From Paraburkholderia dipogonis (GTDB lineage: Bacteria; Pseudomonadota; Gammaproteobacteria; Burkholderiales; Burkholderiaceae): 32,000 nucleotides of DNA. The translations under genes were made by a program, and so were the position numbers. Shown one piece after another: positions 1 through 12,792 of the stretch (its first letter is position 1; each line of letters starts with the position of its first letter). The notes below the pieces were generated by a model, which was given only the letters and a program-made list of their open reading frames with translations, was not told the DNA's origin and did no database searches. The stretch covers positions 67,601 to 99,600 of the forward strand of contig NZ_JAQQEG010000025.1 in NCBI RefSeq assembly GCF_046027395.1, in the 5' to 3' direction.

Positions 1-147
1 GCCGCGGGCGCGGGCGTGCAAGTGCAGGAAGTCAACCGCATGCTGAATCAGTACGACCAGATGCGCACCATGATGAAAAAGCTCAAGGGCGGCAATCTGC
101 AAAAGATGATGCGCGGCATGAAGGGCATGTTGCCCGGCATGCGCTAA
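1..147 (+). CDS. ffh: signal recognition particle protein Ffh, C-terminal end (5' part outside the window)
   Basis: Frame 1 is open from the window edge to TAA at 145-147. The translation AAGAGVQVQEVNRMLNQYDQMRTMMKKLKGGNLQKMMRGMKGMLPGMR is the Met-rich M-domain tail and is nearly collinear with the E. coli Ffh C-terminus as I remember it. Confidence 0.85.
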   Translation, partial: AAGAGVQVQEVNRMLNQYDQMRTMMKKLKGGNLQKMMRGMKGMLPGMR

Positions 148-288
148 GCTTTAGCAAGACGGCGGCGCGCGCGTTCCGCGCATGGACCACGGAACGCGAC
201 CTGACTCCGGATTCGTGCGGGTTTATTCTGTACCGCGCGCCGCCGTCCTCACCCACACTATGTATACAGTCACCGCCCGTCAGACGTC

Positions 289-840
289 ATGAACCGCGAA
301 GAAGCTCTCCACATTTTTAGCCACTCCGAAGAAATCGTTTCGGCCGACGACGTCAACGCGTCGATCAGCGGCATGGCGGCCGCCATCCGCGACGAGATGA
401 GCGAGGACTTCCCGCTCGTGTTGTCGGTCATGGGCGGCGCGGCGGTGTTCACCGGCATGCTGTTGCCGCACCTCGATTTCCCGCTCGAGTTCGACTACAT
501 CCACCTGACCCGCTACCGCAACACCACCAAGGGCGGCAACGAGATGCAGTGGCGCGTGGCGCCGGCGGAGTCGGTGAAGGATCGCGTCGTGCTGGTGCTC
601 GACGATATCCTCGACGAAGGCGAGACGATGGCCGCGATCCGCGACCGTATTCTCGCGATGGGCGCGAAGCGCTTCCTGAGCGCGGTGCTGTGCGAGAAGA
701 TCATTCCGAAGGCCAAGCCGCTGCGTCCGGATTATTGCGGCTTCGAAGTGCCGGACCGCTATGTGTTCGGCTGCGGAATGGATGCGAAGGGTTACTGGCG
801 TAACCTGCCCACGATTCGCGCGCTGACTGAAGGCGCTTGA
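289..840 (+). CDS. hpt: hypoxanthine-guanine phosphoribosyltransferase-like type I PRTase
   Basis: 183-aa ORF with the PRPP-binding motif VVLVLDDILDEGETM. Size and layout are typical of purine PRTases. Confidence 0.75.
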   Translation: MNREEALHIFSHSEEIVSADDVNASISGMAAAIRDEMSEDFPLVLSVMGGAAVFTGMLLPHLDFPLEFDYIHLTRYRNTTKGGNEMQWRVAPAESVKDRVVLVLDDILDEGETMAAIRDRILAMGAKRFLSAVLCEKIIPKAKPLRPDYCGFEVPDRYVFGCGMDAKGYWRNLPTIRALTEGA

Positions 841-885
841 TGCCCGTTTAAGGCCGCCGCTTTCGAGGCGGTGAATCGGTATAAG

Positions 886-912
886 AAAAGCGGCTCACGG
901 GCCGCTTTTTTT
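886..912. terminator. bidirectional intrinsic terminator between convergent hpt and marC-family genes
   Basis: AGCGGC (889-894) pairs with GCCGCT (901-906) around a 6-nt loop. An A-run lies upstream and a T-run (906-912) downstream, so it can terminate on either strand. Confidence 0.65.
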
Positions 913-959
913 GCGCTGCGTTGCACTGCACGGGCCTGGATGCCCCGCCGGCTCCGGCA

Positions 960-1559
960 TCACAGTTGATGCACGAACGACCGGATACCGCCGAGCATCA
1001 TCTCCACCGAAATTGCCACCAGCACGAGACCCATCAGCCGCTCGAAGGCCATCATCGCGCGCTCGCCGAGCCACGCCTGAATGCGCTCCGCCAACATCAG
1101 CACGATCGCGCAGACGATCATCGTGACAGTCAGCGCACCGATCCACTCCAGCATCTTGCCGGGCGCCTGCGACGTCAGCAGCATCACCGTGGCCAGCGCC
1201 GACGGGCCCGCCAGCGCCGGAATGGCGAGCGGCACGATCAGCGGTTCGCCGCCGCGCGTGTCGCCGCCGAGCGGACCGTCCGGATGCGGAAACACCATTC
1301 TGAGCGCGATGAGGAACAGCACGATCCCGCCGCCGATGCGCAACGACTGGTCGGTCAGGCTCATCATGCGCAGAAAGCCGTCACCGACCACCATGAAGAT
1401 CAGCAGGATCGCGAAGGCGATCGCCACCTCACGGAGAATGACGATCGTGCGCCGCTTCGGCGACACGCCGCGCAGACAACTGATGAAGAGCGGAATGTTG
1501 CCAAGCGGATCGGTGATCAGAATCAGCAGGACAGTCGCGGACACGAAGGTGTATTCCAC
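960..1559 (-). CDS. MarC family (UPF0056) integral membrane protein
   Basis: 199-aa hydrophobic ORF. The N-terminus ...LLILITDPLGNIPLFISCL is the MarC-family signature as I recall it, and there are several predicted TM spans. Confidence 0.8.
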   Translation of the reverse strand: MEYTFVSATVLLILITDPLGNIPLFISCLRGVSPKRRTIVILREVAIAFAILLIFMVVGDGFLRMMSLTDQSLRIGGGIVLFLIALRMVFPHPDGPLGGDTRGGEPLIVPLAIPALAGPSALATVMLLTSQAPGKMLEWIGALTVTMIVCAIVLMLAERIQAWLGERAMMAFERLMGLVLVAISVEMMLGGIRSFVHQL

Positions 1560-1571
1560 CGTCCGCTCCGT

Positions 1572-3308
<1,737 letters not shown>

Positions 3309-3611
3309 TCAGATTATCCAAAAGCGGCGGCTCCGGAGGGACCGCCCGAAAGGTGAAAACGGTGGGGAAATCGACACAGATCCGGCTCTGAGCCGGCACG
3401 GTTTGCCTGACACCGGCACAACGCAGCCCGACCGCGGCGCCGAAGCCGCCGCGCAAAGCCTTTGCACAAGGGATAAGGCACGGAAAGACTGACAGGCTAC
3501 CGCAAACGCGAGCCTTTGGCGGCGAATCGTTCCAATCTGGTGCGAATCGGTGCGTCAGGCCCGTTATCTGTTTATAATCAAAGCAATTTTAAAGGATTCG
3601 AAGGTGGTTGT

Positions 3612-4361
3612 ATGCTGGATCGTGAAGGCTTTCGCCCGAACGTCGGCATCATCCTCTTGAACGCGCACAACGAGGTGTTTTGGGGCAAACGGCTCCGTGA
3701 ACATTCCTGGCAGTTTCCGCAAGGGGGCATCAAGTACGGAGAGACCCCCGTGCAAGCGATGTATCGGGAGTTACACGAAGAAACCGGGCTGCTTCCTGAG
3801 CACGTCAAGGTGATTGGTCGCACGCGCGACTGGTTGCGTTACGAGGTGCCTGACAAGTTCATCAAGCGCGAAGTACGCGGTCATTACCGCGGCCAGAAAC
3901 AAATCTGGTTTTTGCTCCGGATGGTTGGACGCGACTGCGACATCTGCTTGCGCGCCACCGACCACCCTGAGTTCGATGCGTGGCGCTGGAACGAGTACTG
4001 GGTGCCGCTCGACTGTGTGATCGAGTTCAAGCGGGATGTATATCAGTTGGCGCTGACGGAGCTATCCCGTTTCATGCGCCGGGCTGCGCCGCGTGCGGAA
4101 AAACCTGGCGGGCACCATGGGCCGCGCTATCCCCGGATAGCGTCGTCAATGGAAAGTCCACCGGATTCCACGGTAATGACGGTGACCACCGTGACCTCGG
4201 TGACATCTGTCAGCATCGAAACATCGGTTCACGCAACGATCGCGTCCGATTGCGGTCCGGGCTCCGGTTCAACGGCCGAGGTAGGCGCCGTGCCGGAGCA
4301 CGAAGACGAATCGGCAGGCGAAACGGCCGGCTCGCTGTTCCGCCCGGGCGTGCGCAATTAA
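3612..4361 (+). CDS. rppH: RNA pyrophosphohydrolase RppH (Nudix) with a long C-terminal extension
   Basis: ATG at 3612 gives [17 protein letters not shown].... Nudix box [23 protein letters not shown]. The track ORF start at 3516 is an upstream in-frame extension. Confidence 0.9.
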   Translation: MLDREGFRPNVGIILLNAHNEVFWGKRLREHSWQFPQGGIKYGETPVQAMYRELHEETGLLPEHVKVIGRTRDWLRYEVPDKFIKREVRGHYRGQKQIWFLLRMVGRDCDICLRATDHPEFDAWRWNEYWVPLDCVIEFKRDVYQLALTELSRFMRRAAPRAEKPGGHHGPRYPRIASSMESPPDSTVMTVTTVTSVTSVSIETSVHATIASDCGPGSGSTAEVGAVPEHEDESAGETAGSLFRPGVRN

Positions 4362-4438
4362 CAACTCTGTGCGGCTGTCCACGCCGCCTCTCTCTGACGC
4401 GGCTCGACGAGCCGCGTCAGTGTTTCGAGGAAATCATA

Positions 4439-4996
4439 TTGAAAGCACTTGCTCTCGTCGTGGCGTGCGTCGCCACCGGCGCCCTGCTGGCTGGCTGTTC
4501 GAGCGCCGGCAAACCTACCAATAAAGACGACAGCGCGTTTACCTATTTGCTGGACCGGCAGAGCAACTGGGTTGAGAACAAGGTGGACACCCTGCCGCCG
4601 CTGCCGCAAGACTCGAATCTGCTGCCTTTCGAAGTATCCGGCAATACACCGCTGCAGTTCGCGGTCGACCGGAACTCGCTCACCGTCGGTACGGACGGAG
4701 TGGTTCGCTTTACCGTCGTCGTCGCAAGCCCGAGCGGCGCTCGTAACGTAATCTACGAAGGGATTCGCTGCGACACCTATGAATGGCGCCAGTATGCGGG
4801 CCTGAATTCTGATCACGACGGCTGGGACACGACGGTTGCGAACAGCTTCACGCGCATCGAGAATGGCGCGCTGAACGCCTATCAGGCGGCGCTGTATCAG
4901 GATTATCTGTGCGCGAACAAGATGCCCATGGGGAACGCAAGCTCGATTCTGGAGAACATCCGCTATAAGCGCACAGCGAGTTCGTCGATCCACTGA
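4439..4996 (+). CDS. secreted lipoprotein, CNP1-like family (from memory)
   Basis: TTG at 4439 gives (M)KALALVVACVATGALLAGCSS, a signal peptide plus lipobox with the Cys. The rest (..VRFTVVVASPSGARNVIYEGIRCDTYEWRQYA..) resembles CNP1-like proteins. The track ORF 3980..4996 overlaps the rppH 3' end and is an extension artefact. Confidence 0.7.
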   Translation: MKALALVVACVATGALLAGCSSAGKPTNKDDSAFTYLLDRQSNWVENKVDTLPPLPQDSNLLPFEVSGNTPLQFAVDRNSLTVGTDGVVRFTVVVASPSGARNVIYEGIRCDTYEWRQYAGLNSDHDGWDTTVANSFTRIENGALNAYQAALYQDYLCANKMPMGNASSILENIRYKRTASSSIH

Positions 4997-5024
4997 ACTT
5001 TGGATCCTGGCGGGTTGCGGGCGT

Positions 5025-5064
5025 AAAAAAAAAGCCGTTCCAGCTTTCGCTGGAACGGCTTTTT
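5025..5064. terminator. bidirectional intrinsic terminator between the lipoprotein gene and proB
   Basis: Perfect 11-bp stem GCCGTTCCAGC (5034-5044), loop TTTC, then GCTGGAACGGC (5049-5059). It is flanked by A9 upstream and T5 downstream. Confidence 0.85.
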
Positions 5065-5106
5065 GTTTGCCGTGTCCCTGTTCCCGCGCCTGCGACTATT
5101 AGTGAC

Positions 5107-6225
5107 TTAGACTAGCACCAGGTTGTCACGGTGAATCAGCTCCGGCTCCAGCATATAGCCAAGCACCGATTCAATCTCGCCGCTCGGGCGCCGCTGGATC
5201 AGCTTGGTTTCGGCGCTGCTGTAGTTCGTCAGGCCGCGTGCCACTTCACGCCCCGCAGCGCTCAGACAAGCAATCACTTCACCGCGAGCAAATGCGCCCT
5301 GCACGCCGACGATGCCGATAGGCAACAGGCTCTTGCCGCCTTCGGTCAGTTTTTCGACAGCGCCGTCGTCGATCACCACGTGGCCGCGCACTTGCAAGTG
5401 ATCCGCCATCCATTGCTTGCGCGCCGCCATGCGCGCCGTGCGCGCTATCAACTGCGTGCCGATCGCCTCGCCCGAGGCCAGCCGTGACAACACATCCGCT
5501 TCGCGCCCGCTTGCGATCACCGTATTGGCGCCGCTGTGAGCCGCGCGCTTCGCGGCGAGAATCTTGGTGAGCATGCCACCGCGCCCCAGACTCGAACCGG
5601 CGCCGCCCGCCATGGCTTCGAGCTCCGGCGCGCCGGCATCGGCCTGCTGGACCAGAGTCGCAGCCGGATTCTTGCGTGGGTCGGCGGTGAAAAGCCCTTG
5701 CTGATCGGTCAGGATAACAAGTGCATCGCCCTCGATCAGGTTCGCGACGAGCGCGCCGAGCGTGTCGTTGTCGCCGAATTTGATTTCGTCGGTGACGACC
5801 GTGTCGTTCTCATTGATGATCGGCACCACGCCCAAGCGCAGAAGCGTGAGCAGCGTGGAGCGTGCGTTCAGATAGCGTTCGCGGTCGGCCAGATCGGCGT
5901 GAGTCAGTAGAATCTGCGCGGTCTGGATGGAATGCTCGGCAAAGCGGCTTTCGTAGACCTGCGCGAGACCCATCTGGCCGACGGCCGCGGCCGCTTGCAG
6001 TTCGTCGATCTCACGCGGCCGCTTGGTCCAGCCGAGCCGCTGCATTCCCTCGGCAATGGCGCCCGAACTGACGAGCACCACTTCCTTGCCTTGCGCGCGC
6101 AGGGCGGCAATCTGCGCGGCCCAGCGACCGATAGCAGCATGATCGAGGCCGCGCCCGTCATTCGTGACGAGGCTCGAACCGACTTTCACTACCAATCGCC
6201 GTGAATCTGCGATGACGGAACGCAT
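5107..6225 (-). CDS. proB: glutamate 5-kinase
   Basis: Starting at the internal Met gives [28 protein letters not shown] (372 aa). It has an amino-acid kinase fold plus a C-terminal PUA-like region. The track start at 6258 adds 11 aa that are unlikely to be real. Confidence 0.9.
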   Translation of the reverse strand: MRSVIADSRRLVVKVGSSLVTNDGRGLDHAAIGRWAAQIAALRAQGKEVVLVSSGAIAEGMQRLGWTKRPREIDELQAAAAVGQMGLAQVYESRFAEHSIQTAQILLTHADLADRERYLNARSTLLTLLRLGVVPIINENDTVVTDEIKFGDNDTLGALVANLIEGDALVILTDQQGLFTADPRKNPAATLVQQADAGAPELEAMAGGAGSSLGRGGMLTKILAAKRAAHSGANTVIASGREADVLSRLASGEAIGTQLIARTARMAARKQWMADHLQVRGHVVIDDGAVEKLTEGGKSLLPIGIVGVQGAFARGEVIACLSAAGREVARGLTNYSSAETKLIQRRPSGEIESVLGYMLEPELIHRDNLVLV

Positions 6226-6294
6226 TGTGCGCAGTCTCCAAGATGACGCGTGATGCATACCGGCAGCCCGTTCGGGCGCCGGCGCTCGAGCTTT

Positions 6295-7455
<1,161 letters not shown>

Positions 7456-7586
7456 CTAGATTTGATGCTACTGGATGATGCTATTTTGCCGCGCCCGCCG
7501 CGCGCTGATCAATCGACCAAACGGCATAGGCGTGCTGGCGTGAGCGAAACATTCACGCCCATTCACCCGACGAAAACCGCCGGAAT

Positions 7587-7620
7587 AAAAAAAGCCCCGC
7601 TAACTTCGCGGGGCCTTTTT
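7587..7620 (-). terminator. hairpin between rpmA and obg (terminator/attenuator)
   Basis: GCCCCGC (7594-7600) pairs with GCGGGGC (7608-7614) around a 7-nt loop. A7 lies on one side and T5 on the other, so it reads as stem plus U-run on the minus strand downstream of rpmA. Confidence 0.6.
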
Positions 7621-7649
7621 CCGGTCCTGAAGCCCGTGCCTGAGTAAGC

Positions 7650-7913
7650 TCAGACTGCTGCCGGGACGACGTTGACCATGTGCTTCTTCGCTGCGCCCTT
7701 CGTCGAGAAATTGACGTGGCCGTCCGTCAGCGCGAACAAGGTGTGATCCTTGCCGATACCGACGTTTTCGCCCGGGTGCATACGCGTGCCACGTTGACGA
7801 ACGATGATGCCGCCAGCGTTGATGGCTTGACCGCCGTAAACCTTGACGCCGAGACGCTTCGATTCAGAGTCGCGGCCGTTGCGGGATGATCCGCCTGCCT
7901 TTTTGTGTGCCAT
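7650..7913 (-). CDS. rpmA: 50S ribosomal protein L27
   Basis: [29 protein letters not shown]... is a canonical L27 (87 aa). Confidence 0.95.
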   Translation of the reverse strand: MAHKKAGGSSRNGRDSESKRLGVKVYGGQAINAGGIIVRQRGTRMHPGENVGIGKDHTLFALTDGHVNFSTKGAAKKHMVNVVPAAV

Positions 7914-7938
7914 TTGATTTGCTCCTTAACCGTTGCGC

Positions 7939-8250
7939 TTACGCGTTGATCGCGTCGATGCGCAGTTCGGTATAGTTCTGGCGGTGGCCGCCATGCTTCT
8001 GGTAGTGCTTCCGGCGACGCATCTTGAAGATGGTCACTTTTGCGTGACGACCTTGCGACACGACGGTAGCCTTGACGGAAGCCCCACTGACCAGCGGCGT
8101 ACCGAACTTAATCGATTCGCCTTCGCCCACTGCGAGAACCTGGTCGAGCGTGATTTCAGCGTCAATGTCTGCCGGTATCTGTTCTACTTTAAGTTTTTCG
8201 CCGACGGCAACTTTATACTGCTTGCCACCGGTTTTTATGACCGCGTACAT
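7939..8250 (-). CDS. rplU: 50S ribosomal protein L21
   Basis: ATG at 8250 gives [23 protein letters not shown]... (103 aa). The track ORF running to 8472 is an upstream extension. Confidence 0.95.
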   Translation of the reverse strand: MYAVIKTGGKQYKVAVGEKLKVEQIPADIDAEITLDQVLAVGEGESIKFGTPLVSGASVKATVVSQGRHAKVTIFKMRRRKHYQKHGGHRQNYTELRIDAINA

Positions 8251-8304
8251 TGAGAACCTCACTCTGTGTTCATTTTTCCCACGCACCGCGCGCGGAAACC
8301 CGTG

Positions 8305-8333
8305 ATTATACATAGAGTTAGCTGCTCGGTCAA
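8305..8333 (-). promoter_or_regulatory. sigma70-type promoter for rplU-rpmA(-obg)
   Basis: The minus strand reads TTGACC (8333-8328), a 17-nt spacer, then TATAAT (8310-8305). It lies about 55 nt upstream of the rplU ATG. Confidence 0.55.
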
Positions 8334-8489
8334 AACTCATTGAGAGGCGCCGCGCGCAGCGTCCGGCGCCTTGCCTCACGGCCTTGGTGCCCGGCTCTGC
8401 CGCCGCCCGGAACGCGCCGCGCCGCAGCCTGCGACCCGGAACTGTCGCGATTCGCCTTATAATTCGCGGCACTACCCAATTCAGCCATC

Positions 8490-9482
8490 ATGTCGTCGAC
8501 TGCCACCCCCTCCTCCAACGCCGCCAGCCTGCTCGCTCCGATCGCCGAAGACATGCAGCAGGTCAATCGCGTCATACGGCACCGTCTTGCGTCCGACGTG
8601 ATGCTGATCAACCAGATTTCCGAGTACATCATCAGCGCCGGCGGCAAACGGCTGCGGCCCGCGCTGCTGCTGCTGGTGGCCGGCGCGCTGGGCGAAACCA
8701 CGGGGCACCGGCATGAACTGGCCGCGGTCGTCGAATTCATTCATACGGCCACGCTGCTCCACGACGACGTGGTCGATGAATCCGACCTGCGGCGCGGCCG
8801 GCAGACCGCCAACGCGTTGTTCGGCAACGCCGCGAGCGTGCTGGTGGGCGATTTCCTGTACTCGCGCTCGTTCCAGATGATGGTCGGCGTGGGCAAAATG
8901 CGCGTGATGGAGATTCTGTCGGAGGCGACCAACGTCATCTCCGAAGGCGAAGTGCTGCAACTGCTCAACATGCACGACGCCGACGTGGACGAAGCCCGCT
9001 ACATGCAAGTGATCCGCTACAAGACCGCCAAGCTGTTCGAGGCCGCGGCCCAGCTGGGCGCGGTGCTGGCCGGCTCGGACGCGAAAACGGAAGCCGCCGC
9101 GGCGGAATTCGGCCGGCGCATCGGCACTGCATTCCAGATCATGGACGACTGGCTCGACTACACGGGCACGGCCGAATCGATGGGCAAGAACGCCGGCGAC
9201 GATCTTCGTGAAGGCAAACCCACACTCCCGCTGATCTATCTGATCGAACGCGGCACGCCGGATCAATCGGCGCTCGCGCGGGAAGCGATCGAACAAGGCG
9301 GCACGGCCCGCTTCGACACCATTTTCGAGGCGATCACGCGTTCCGGCGCGCTGGATCACACGCTCGAATGCGCGAAGCAGGAAGCGCAGGCCGCCGCAGC
9401 AGCAATTTCTTCATTTCCCGATTCCATTTTTAAAGAGAGCCTGCTAGAATTATGTTCTTACTCGACGGCAAGACAGTCTTGA
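8490..9482 (+). CDS. ispB: octaprenyl-diphosphate synthase (trans-polyprenyl diphosphate synthase)
   Basis: 330 aa with both Asp-rich motifs (LLHDDVVDESDLRRG and FQIMDDWLDY). Confidence 0.9.
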   Translation: MSSTATPSSNAASLLAPIAEDMQQVNRVIRHRLASDVMLINQISEYIISAGGKRLRPALLLLVAGALGETTGHRHELAAVVEFIHTATLLHDDVVDESDLRRGRQTANALFGNAASVLVGDFLYSRSFQMMVGVGKMRVMEILSEATNVISEGEVLQLLNMHDADVDEARYMQVIRYKTAKLFEAAAQLGAVLAGSDAKTEAAAAEFGRRIGTAFQIMDDWLDYTGTAESMGKNAGDDLREGKPTLPLIYLIERGTPDQSALAREAIEQGGTARFDTIFEAITRSGALDHTLECAKQEAQAAAAAISSFPDSIFKESLLELCSYSTARQS

Positions 9483-9530
9483 ACGAGACTGAAACACCGA
9501 CTTAGTCTGAATCGAGTCTGCAGTACAAAT

Positions 9531-9607
9531 CGGGGTGTAGCTTAGCCTGGTAGAGCGCTACGTTCGGGACGTAGAGGCCGGAGGTTCGAATCCTCTCACC
9601 CCGACCA
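9531..9607 (+). tRNA. tRNA-Pro (anticodon CGG)
   Basis: Manual cloverleaf. Acceptor CGGGGTG/CACCCCG, D arm GCTT..GAGC, anticodon stem CTACG/CGTAG with loop TTCGGGA (CGG), T arm GGAGG-TTCGAAT-CCTCT, discriminator A, encoded CCA. Confidence 0.9.
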
Positions 9608-9612
9608 GATTT
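9563..9612 (+). repeat. attL: 50-bp direct repeat (3' half of tRNA-Pro from the anticodon loop, plus 5 nt)
   Basis: TTCGGGACGTAGAGGCCGGAGGTTCGAATCCTCTCACCCCGACCAGATTT is identical to 25406-25455. The flanking bases differ on both sides. Confidence 0.9.
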
Positions 9613-9751
9613 TGTTTAAAAATCAACGGCTTAGCGAATTTTGCCGTTGCAGATGTACTACAGTAAGCTGTGTAGTACACACCCTTGATAAAGCCTTGCG
9701 AAACTCTTTTGTTCGCAGGGCTTTTTTCATTGCAACTACAACAACGCAATC

Positions 9752-11200
9752 ATGTCCATAACTACAACAACAAACACGACATCATCCACTCAGGCAACGT
9801 CCAAAACCAACCGGACAGTGCCCATCCCAGCGACGCTCGAAAGTATCAAGGGCTATCCAGACAAGCTCAAGATCTACTTGATGCCTGCCAGTTCGCACTG
9901 GCAGGTCAGATACTACGACGGCCTCAAGACCATCAAGCGCAGCGCCAAGACTTCAGACAAGCGCGAAGCCATCACGTTTGCCAAGACATTGTGCCAACAG
10001 GTCATGGCAGGACAATTCACGAGCGCATCGCCAGCACATCAGACCGGTTTCGAGTATTGGACGCAAAAGATGCTCGAATCGCAGCAAGGGCGCGTCGATC
10101 GCAGGGAGTTCTCGGACGATGCGCATCGCAACGACAAGTACATGCTCGAAGCGAAAATCTTTCCGGAGTTCCGCAGCCGCCCCATCAAAGACGTGACGTT
10201 CGAACTACTAGACCAGTTCGTAATCAAGCTGAGCGCTGAAAAGCTCGATCCCTCGACGATCCAACGTTACGTGGGCATCATCAATAAGGTGCTTCAGTAC
10301 GCAGCAAATCGAGGAGCAATCGACACGCTGCCCCGCTTTCCGAAAATCAGCAAGCAAGACAAACCACGCGCTTGGTTTAACCAATCGCAATACGAAAAGC
10401 TGTACCGACGAGCGAAGGCCCTTATCGGCACAGAACACGAGATTTCGTCACCAAGCGGCAACGGCAGACAGGACGAAACCCGCAAGCTCAAAATCACGGC
10501 CGACCTGTACAACATGATCGTTTTCATGGTCAACAGCTTCATTCGGCCGACTGACCTGAAGAACATGCAGCACAAGCATGTCGAAATCATCCGTGACGAG
10601 CACACGTACCTGCGGCTATCACTGCCTGAGAGCAAGAAGCACAGCAAGCCTATCGCAACGATGGAACGTGCCGTTGACGTGTACGAGCGCCAACGCAAAC
10701 TGTACGCGGCGGACGATCTGGCAAAGCCGGATGACTACGTGTTCATGCCCCAGTACTCGAATCGAGACACCGCGTTAAAGCGCCTGCAGCAGCAATTCAA
10801 CTTCCTGCTGGACGACCTCGGCATGAAAACCGATGCTCGCGGCAACGAGCGTACGATCTACAGTTTGCGTCATACCTCCATCATGTATCGCTTGCTCAAT
10901 GGGGAAGGCATCGACATGCTGACGCTGGCCCGTAATGCCCGTACATCCGTCGAAATGATCGAACGCTTCTATGCCAGCGAGCTTACCGGCGAAATGAATA
11001 TCGACGTGATCCAGTCGCAGCGCAAACGCAAGAACAAGCGAGAGGCCGAAGCAGAAGCACCGGATGGGAAAGCAGCCGACACGTCGAAAGTGAAAAGCAA
11101 GGCGGGCACGACTCCGGTAAGTCCGTCTGCCATGCCTGGGACCGGTAGTGGAGTACTGAACCTTCCGGCCAGTTCTATTCCACCGCTGTCGCTGTCGTAA
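9752..11200 (+). CDS. tyrosine-type site-specific integrase
   Basis: 482 aa. The C-terminal catalytic region has ...IRPTDL.., YSLRHTSIMYRLL, ARNARTSVEMIERFYAS (R..HxxR..Y layout). It is followed by a low-complexity basic/Ala-rich tail. The gene is immediately adjacent to the tRNA/attL. Confidence 0.9.
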   Translation: MSITTTTNTTSSTQATSKTNRTVPIPATLESIKGYPDKLKIYLMPASSHWQVRYYDGLKTIKRSAKTSDKREAITFAKTLCQQVMAGQFTSASPAHQTGFEYWTQKMLESQQGRVDRREFSDDAHRNDKYMLEAKIFPEFRSRPIKDVTFELLDQFVIKLSAEKLDPSTIQRYVGIINKVLQYAANRGAIDTLPRFPKISKQDKPRAWFNQSQYEKLYRRAKALIGTEHEISSPSGNGRQDETRKLKITADLYNMIVFMVNSFIRPTDLKNMQHKHVEIIRDEHTYLRLSLPESKKHSKPIATMERAVDVYERQRKLYAADDLAKPDDYVFMPQYSNRDTALKRLQQQFNFLLDDLGMKTDARGNERTIYSLRHTSIMYRLLNGEGIDMLTLARNARTSVEMIERFYASELTGEMNIDVIQSQRKRKNKREAEAEAPDGKAADTSKVKSKAGTTPVSPSAMPGTGSGVLNLPASSIPPLSLS

Positions 11201-11649
11201 CTGCTCTTCGCGTGGCCGGACTTTTCGTCAAATCCGGCCTTTCCTTGATGCCGCTGGATTTCCGGAAAATTGGGTATTCGGATTCCGTGCTTGAGCACTT
11301 CTTGTGCGATGCAGGAGTCGCCACGTAAAGCGATCGTTGATTCGAAGGCACAGAACGGCCACTTTGAGACGTTCGACTGCTTCGCGCAAACGGCTGCTCC
11401 CGGATTAAACTTGCCCCCTAACGTCGCGTTCGTGTATCCCGATTGCGCGCATACCATCGTGCCATCGGCCCGCGCCTTTTTCGCAACACGAACGCTATCT
11501 CACATCAACAAGTTTCGCGGCCAGGCAGCCACGCAGGCCACGATAGCGTTCGGCCACCAACGAGCTTTTCTTCCGGTCGAATCGTCCCTAATTTGCGCGT
11601 AACATAGGGACGCCGACCGGACCTCGACACCCGTTTTGGAGACGCCTAC

Positions 11650-12792
11650 ATGCGACTTGCTGACTTCATCTCGCGAGACATGGAGCCGATTCTGGCGCAA
11701 TGGGAGGCGTTCGCCGCCACCCTTCTGCCGGCGGCGGCAAACATGGAATCGTTGGCGCTGCGCGACCACGCGCAGCAGATTCTTCTCGCCGTGGCAAAGG
11801 ACTTGCAGACTTCGCAAACCAGGGAAGCACAACGCGAAAAATCAATGGGGCGAGGGCCCACTCTGATCGACGCCACCGAAACAGCCGCGCAAGCCCACGC
11901 CCTTCTGAGAGCGAGGGCCGGCTTCAACATCAACCAGCTTGCCGCCGAATATCGCGCACTGCGCGCAAGCGTGCTTCGCTTATGGATCGACCATTGCGAG
12001 CCGGAAGCGGCTGATCTGGACGACATCATTCGATTCAACGAAGCAATTGATCAGGTACTTGCCGAATCGGTCACATTTTTCAGTGCACAGATCGAGCAGA
12101 ACCGTAACCTTCTGCTTGGCATGCTGGGGCACGACATGCGCAGCCCTCTGCAGGCGATTCAGGTGACCGCGTCGTGTCTGGCAGCACTGAACGCCGGGGA
12201 GCAAATATCGGAAGCCGCCGGCCGCCTGATACGTAGCGGGGCCCGAATGCAGGCGTTGCTTGACGATTTGAGCGATTTCAATCGGACCAGACTGGGCTTG
12301 GGCATCAACGTCATACCCACCAGTGTCAATCTCGCGGACGTGCTTGCCGACGAGCTGGACGAGTTGCGCGCGGTTCATCCTGACAGGCAGATTGAGCTGC
12401 ACGTGAGTGGCAATTCACAGGGGGTCTGGGACGGCCACCGCCTGCAACAATTGATCGGAAATCTTGTACTCAATGCCATTAAGTACGGGGCACAAGACAC
12501 TCCAGTGCACGTGACAGTGACTGGCGACGTAGCACTTGTTCGTATCGACGTCAGCAACCGCGGACCTGCGATCGATCGCGCCACGCTGGCGCGCATTTTT
12601 GATCCCTTGATGCGGGGTCCGGACCATCAGAGCAAAGACGACAGGGCGGATGGCCTCGGACTGGGACTCTATATTGCAAGCGAAATCGCCAAGGCCCACC
12701 ACGGTGCGATCGAAGCGCGGTCCGGCGAGACAGAGACCTCCTTTTCAGTGTCACTCCCACGTGCGGACGACGCGGGACGAGGGGCTGGATAA
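11650..12792 (+). CDS. cytoplasmic sensor histidine kinase (no adjacent response regulator)
   Basis: GGAG RBS before the ATG. H-box LGMLGHDMRSPLQAI, N-box LIGNLVLNAIKYG, G-boxes DVSNRGPAI and GLGLGLYIASEIAKAHHG. No obvious TM segment. Confidence 0.85.
   Translation: MRLADFISRDMEPILAQWEAFAATLLPAAANMESLALRDHAQQILLAVAKDLQTSQTREAQREKSMGRGPTLIDATETAAQAHALLRARAGFNINQLAAEYRALRASVLRLWIDHCEPEAADLDDIIRFNEAIDQVLAESVTFFSAQIEQNRNLLLGMLGHDMRSPLQAIQVTASCLAALNAGEQISEAAGRLIRSGARMQALLDDLSDFNRTRLGLGINVIPTSVNLADVLADELDELRAVHPDRQIELHVSGNSQGVWDGHRLQQLIGNLVLNAIKYGAQDTPVHVTVTGDVALVRIDVSNRGPAIDRATLARIFDPLMRGPDHQSKDDRADGLGLGLYIASEIAKAHHGAIEARSGETETSFSVSLPRADDAGRGAG

Noticed and set aside
10969-11602. ORFs 10969..11457(-) and 11270..11602(+) between the integrase and the kinase
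   Set aside because: The minus ORF overlaps about 230 nt of the integrase 3' end. Neither ORF has an RBS or any motif. This is most likely intergenic or promoter DNA for the kinase gene.
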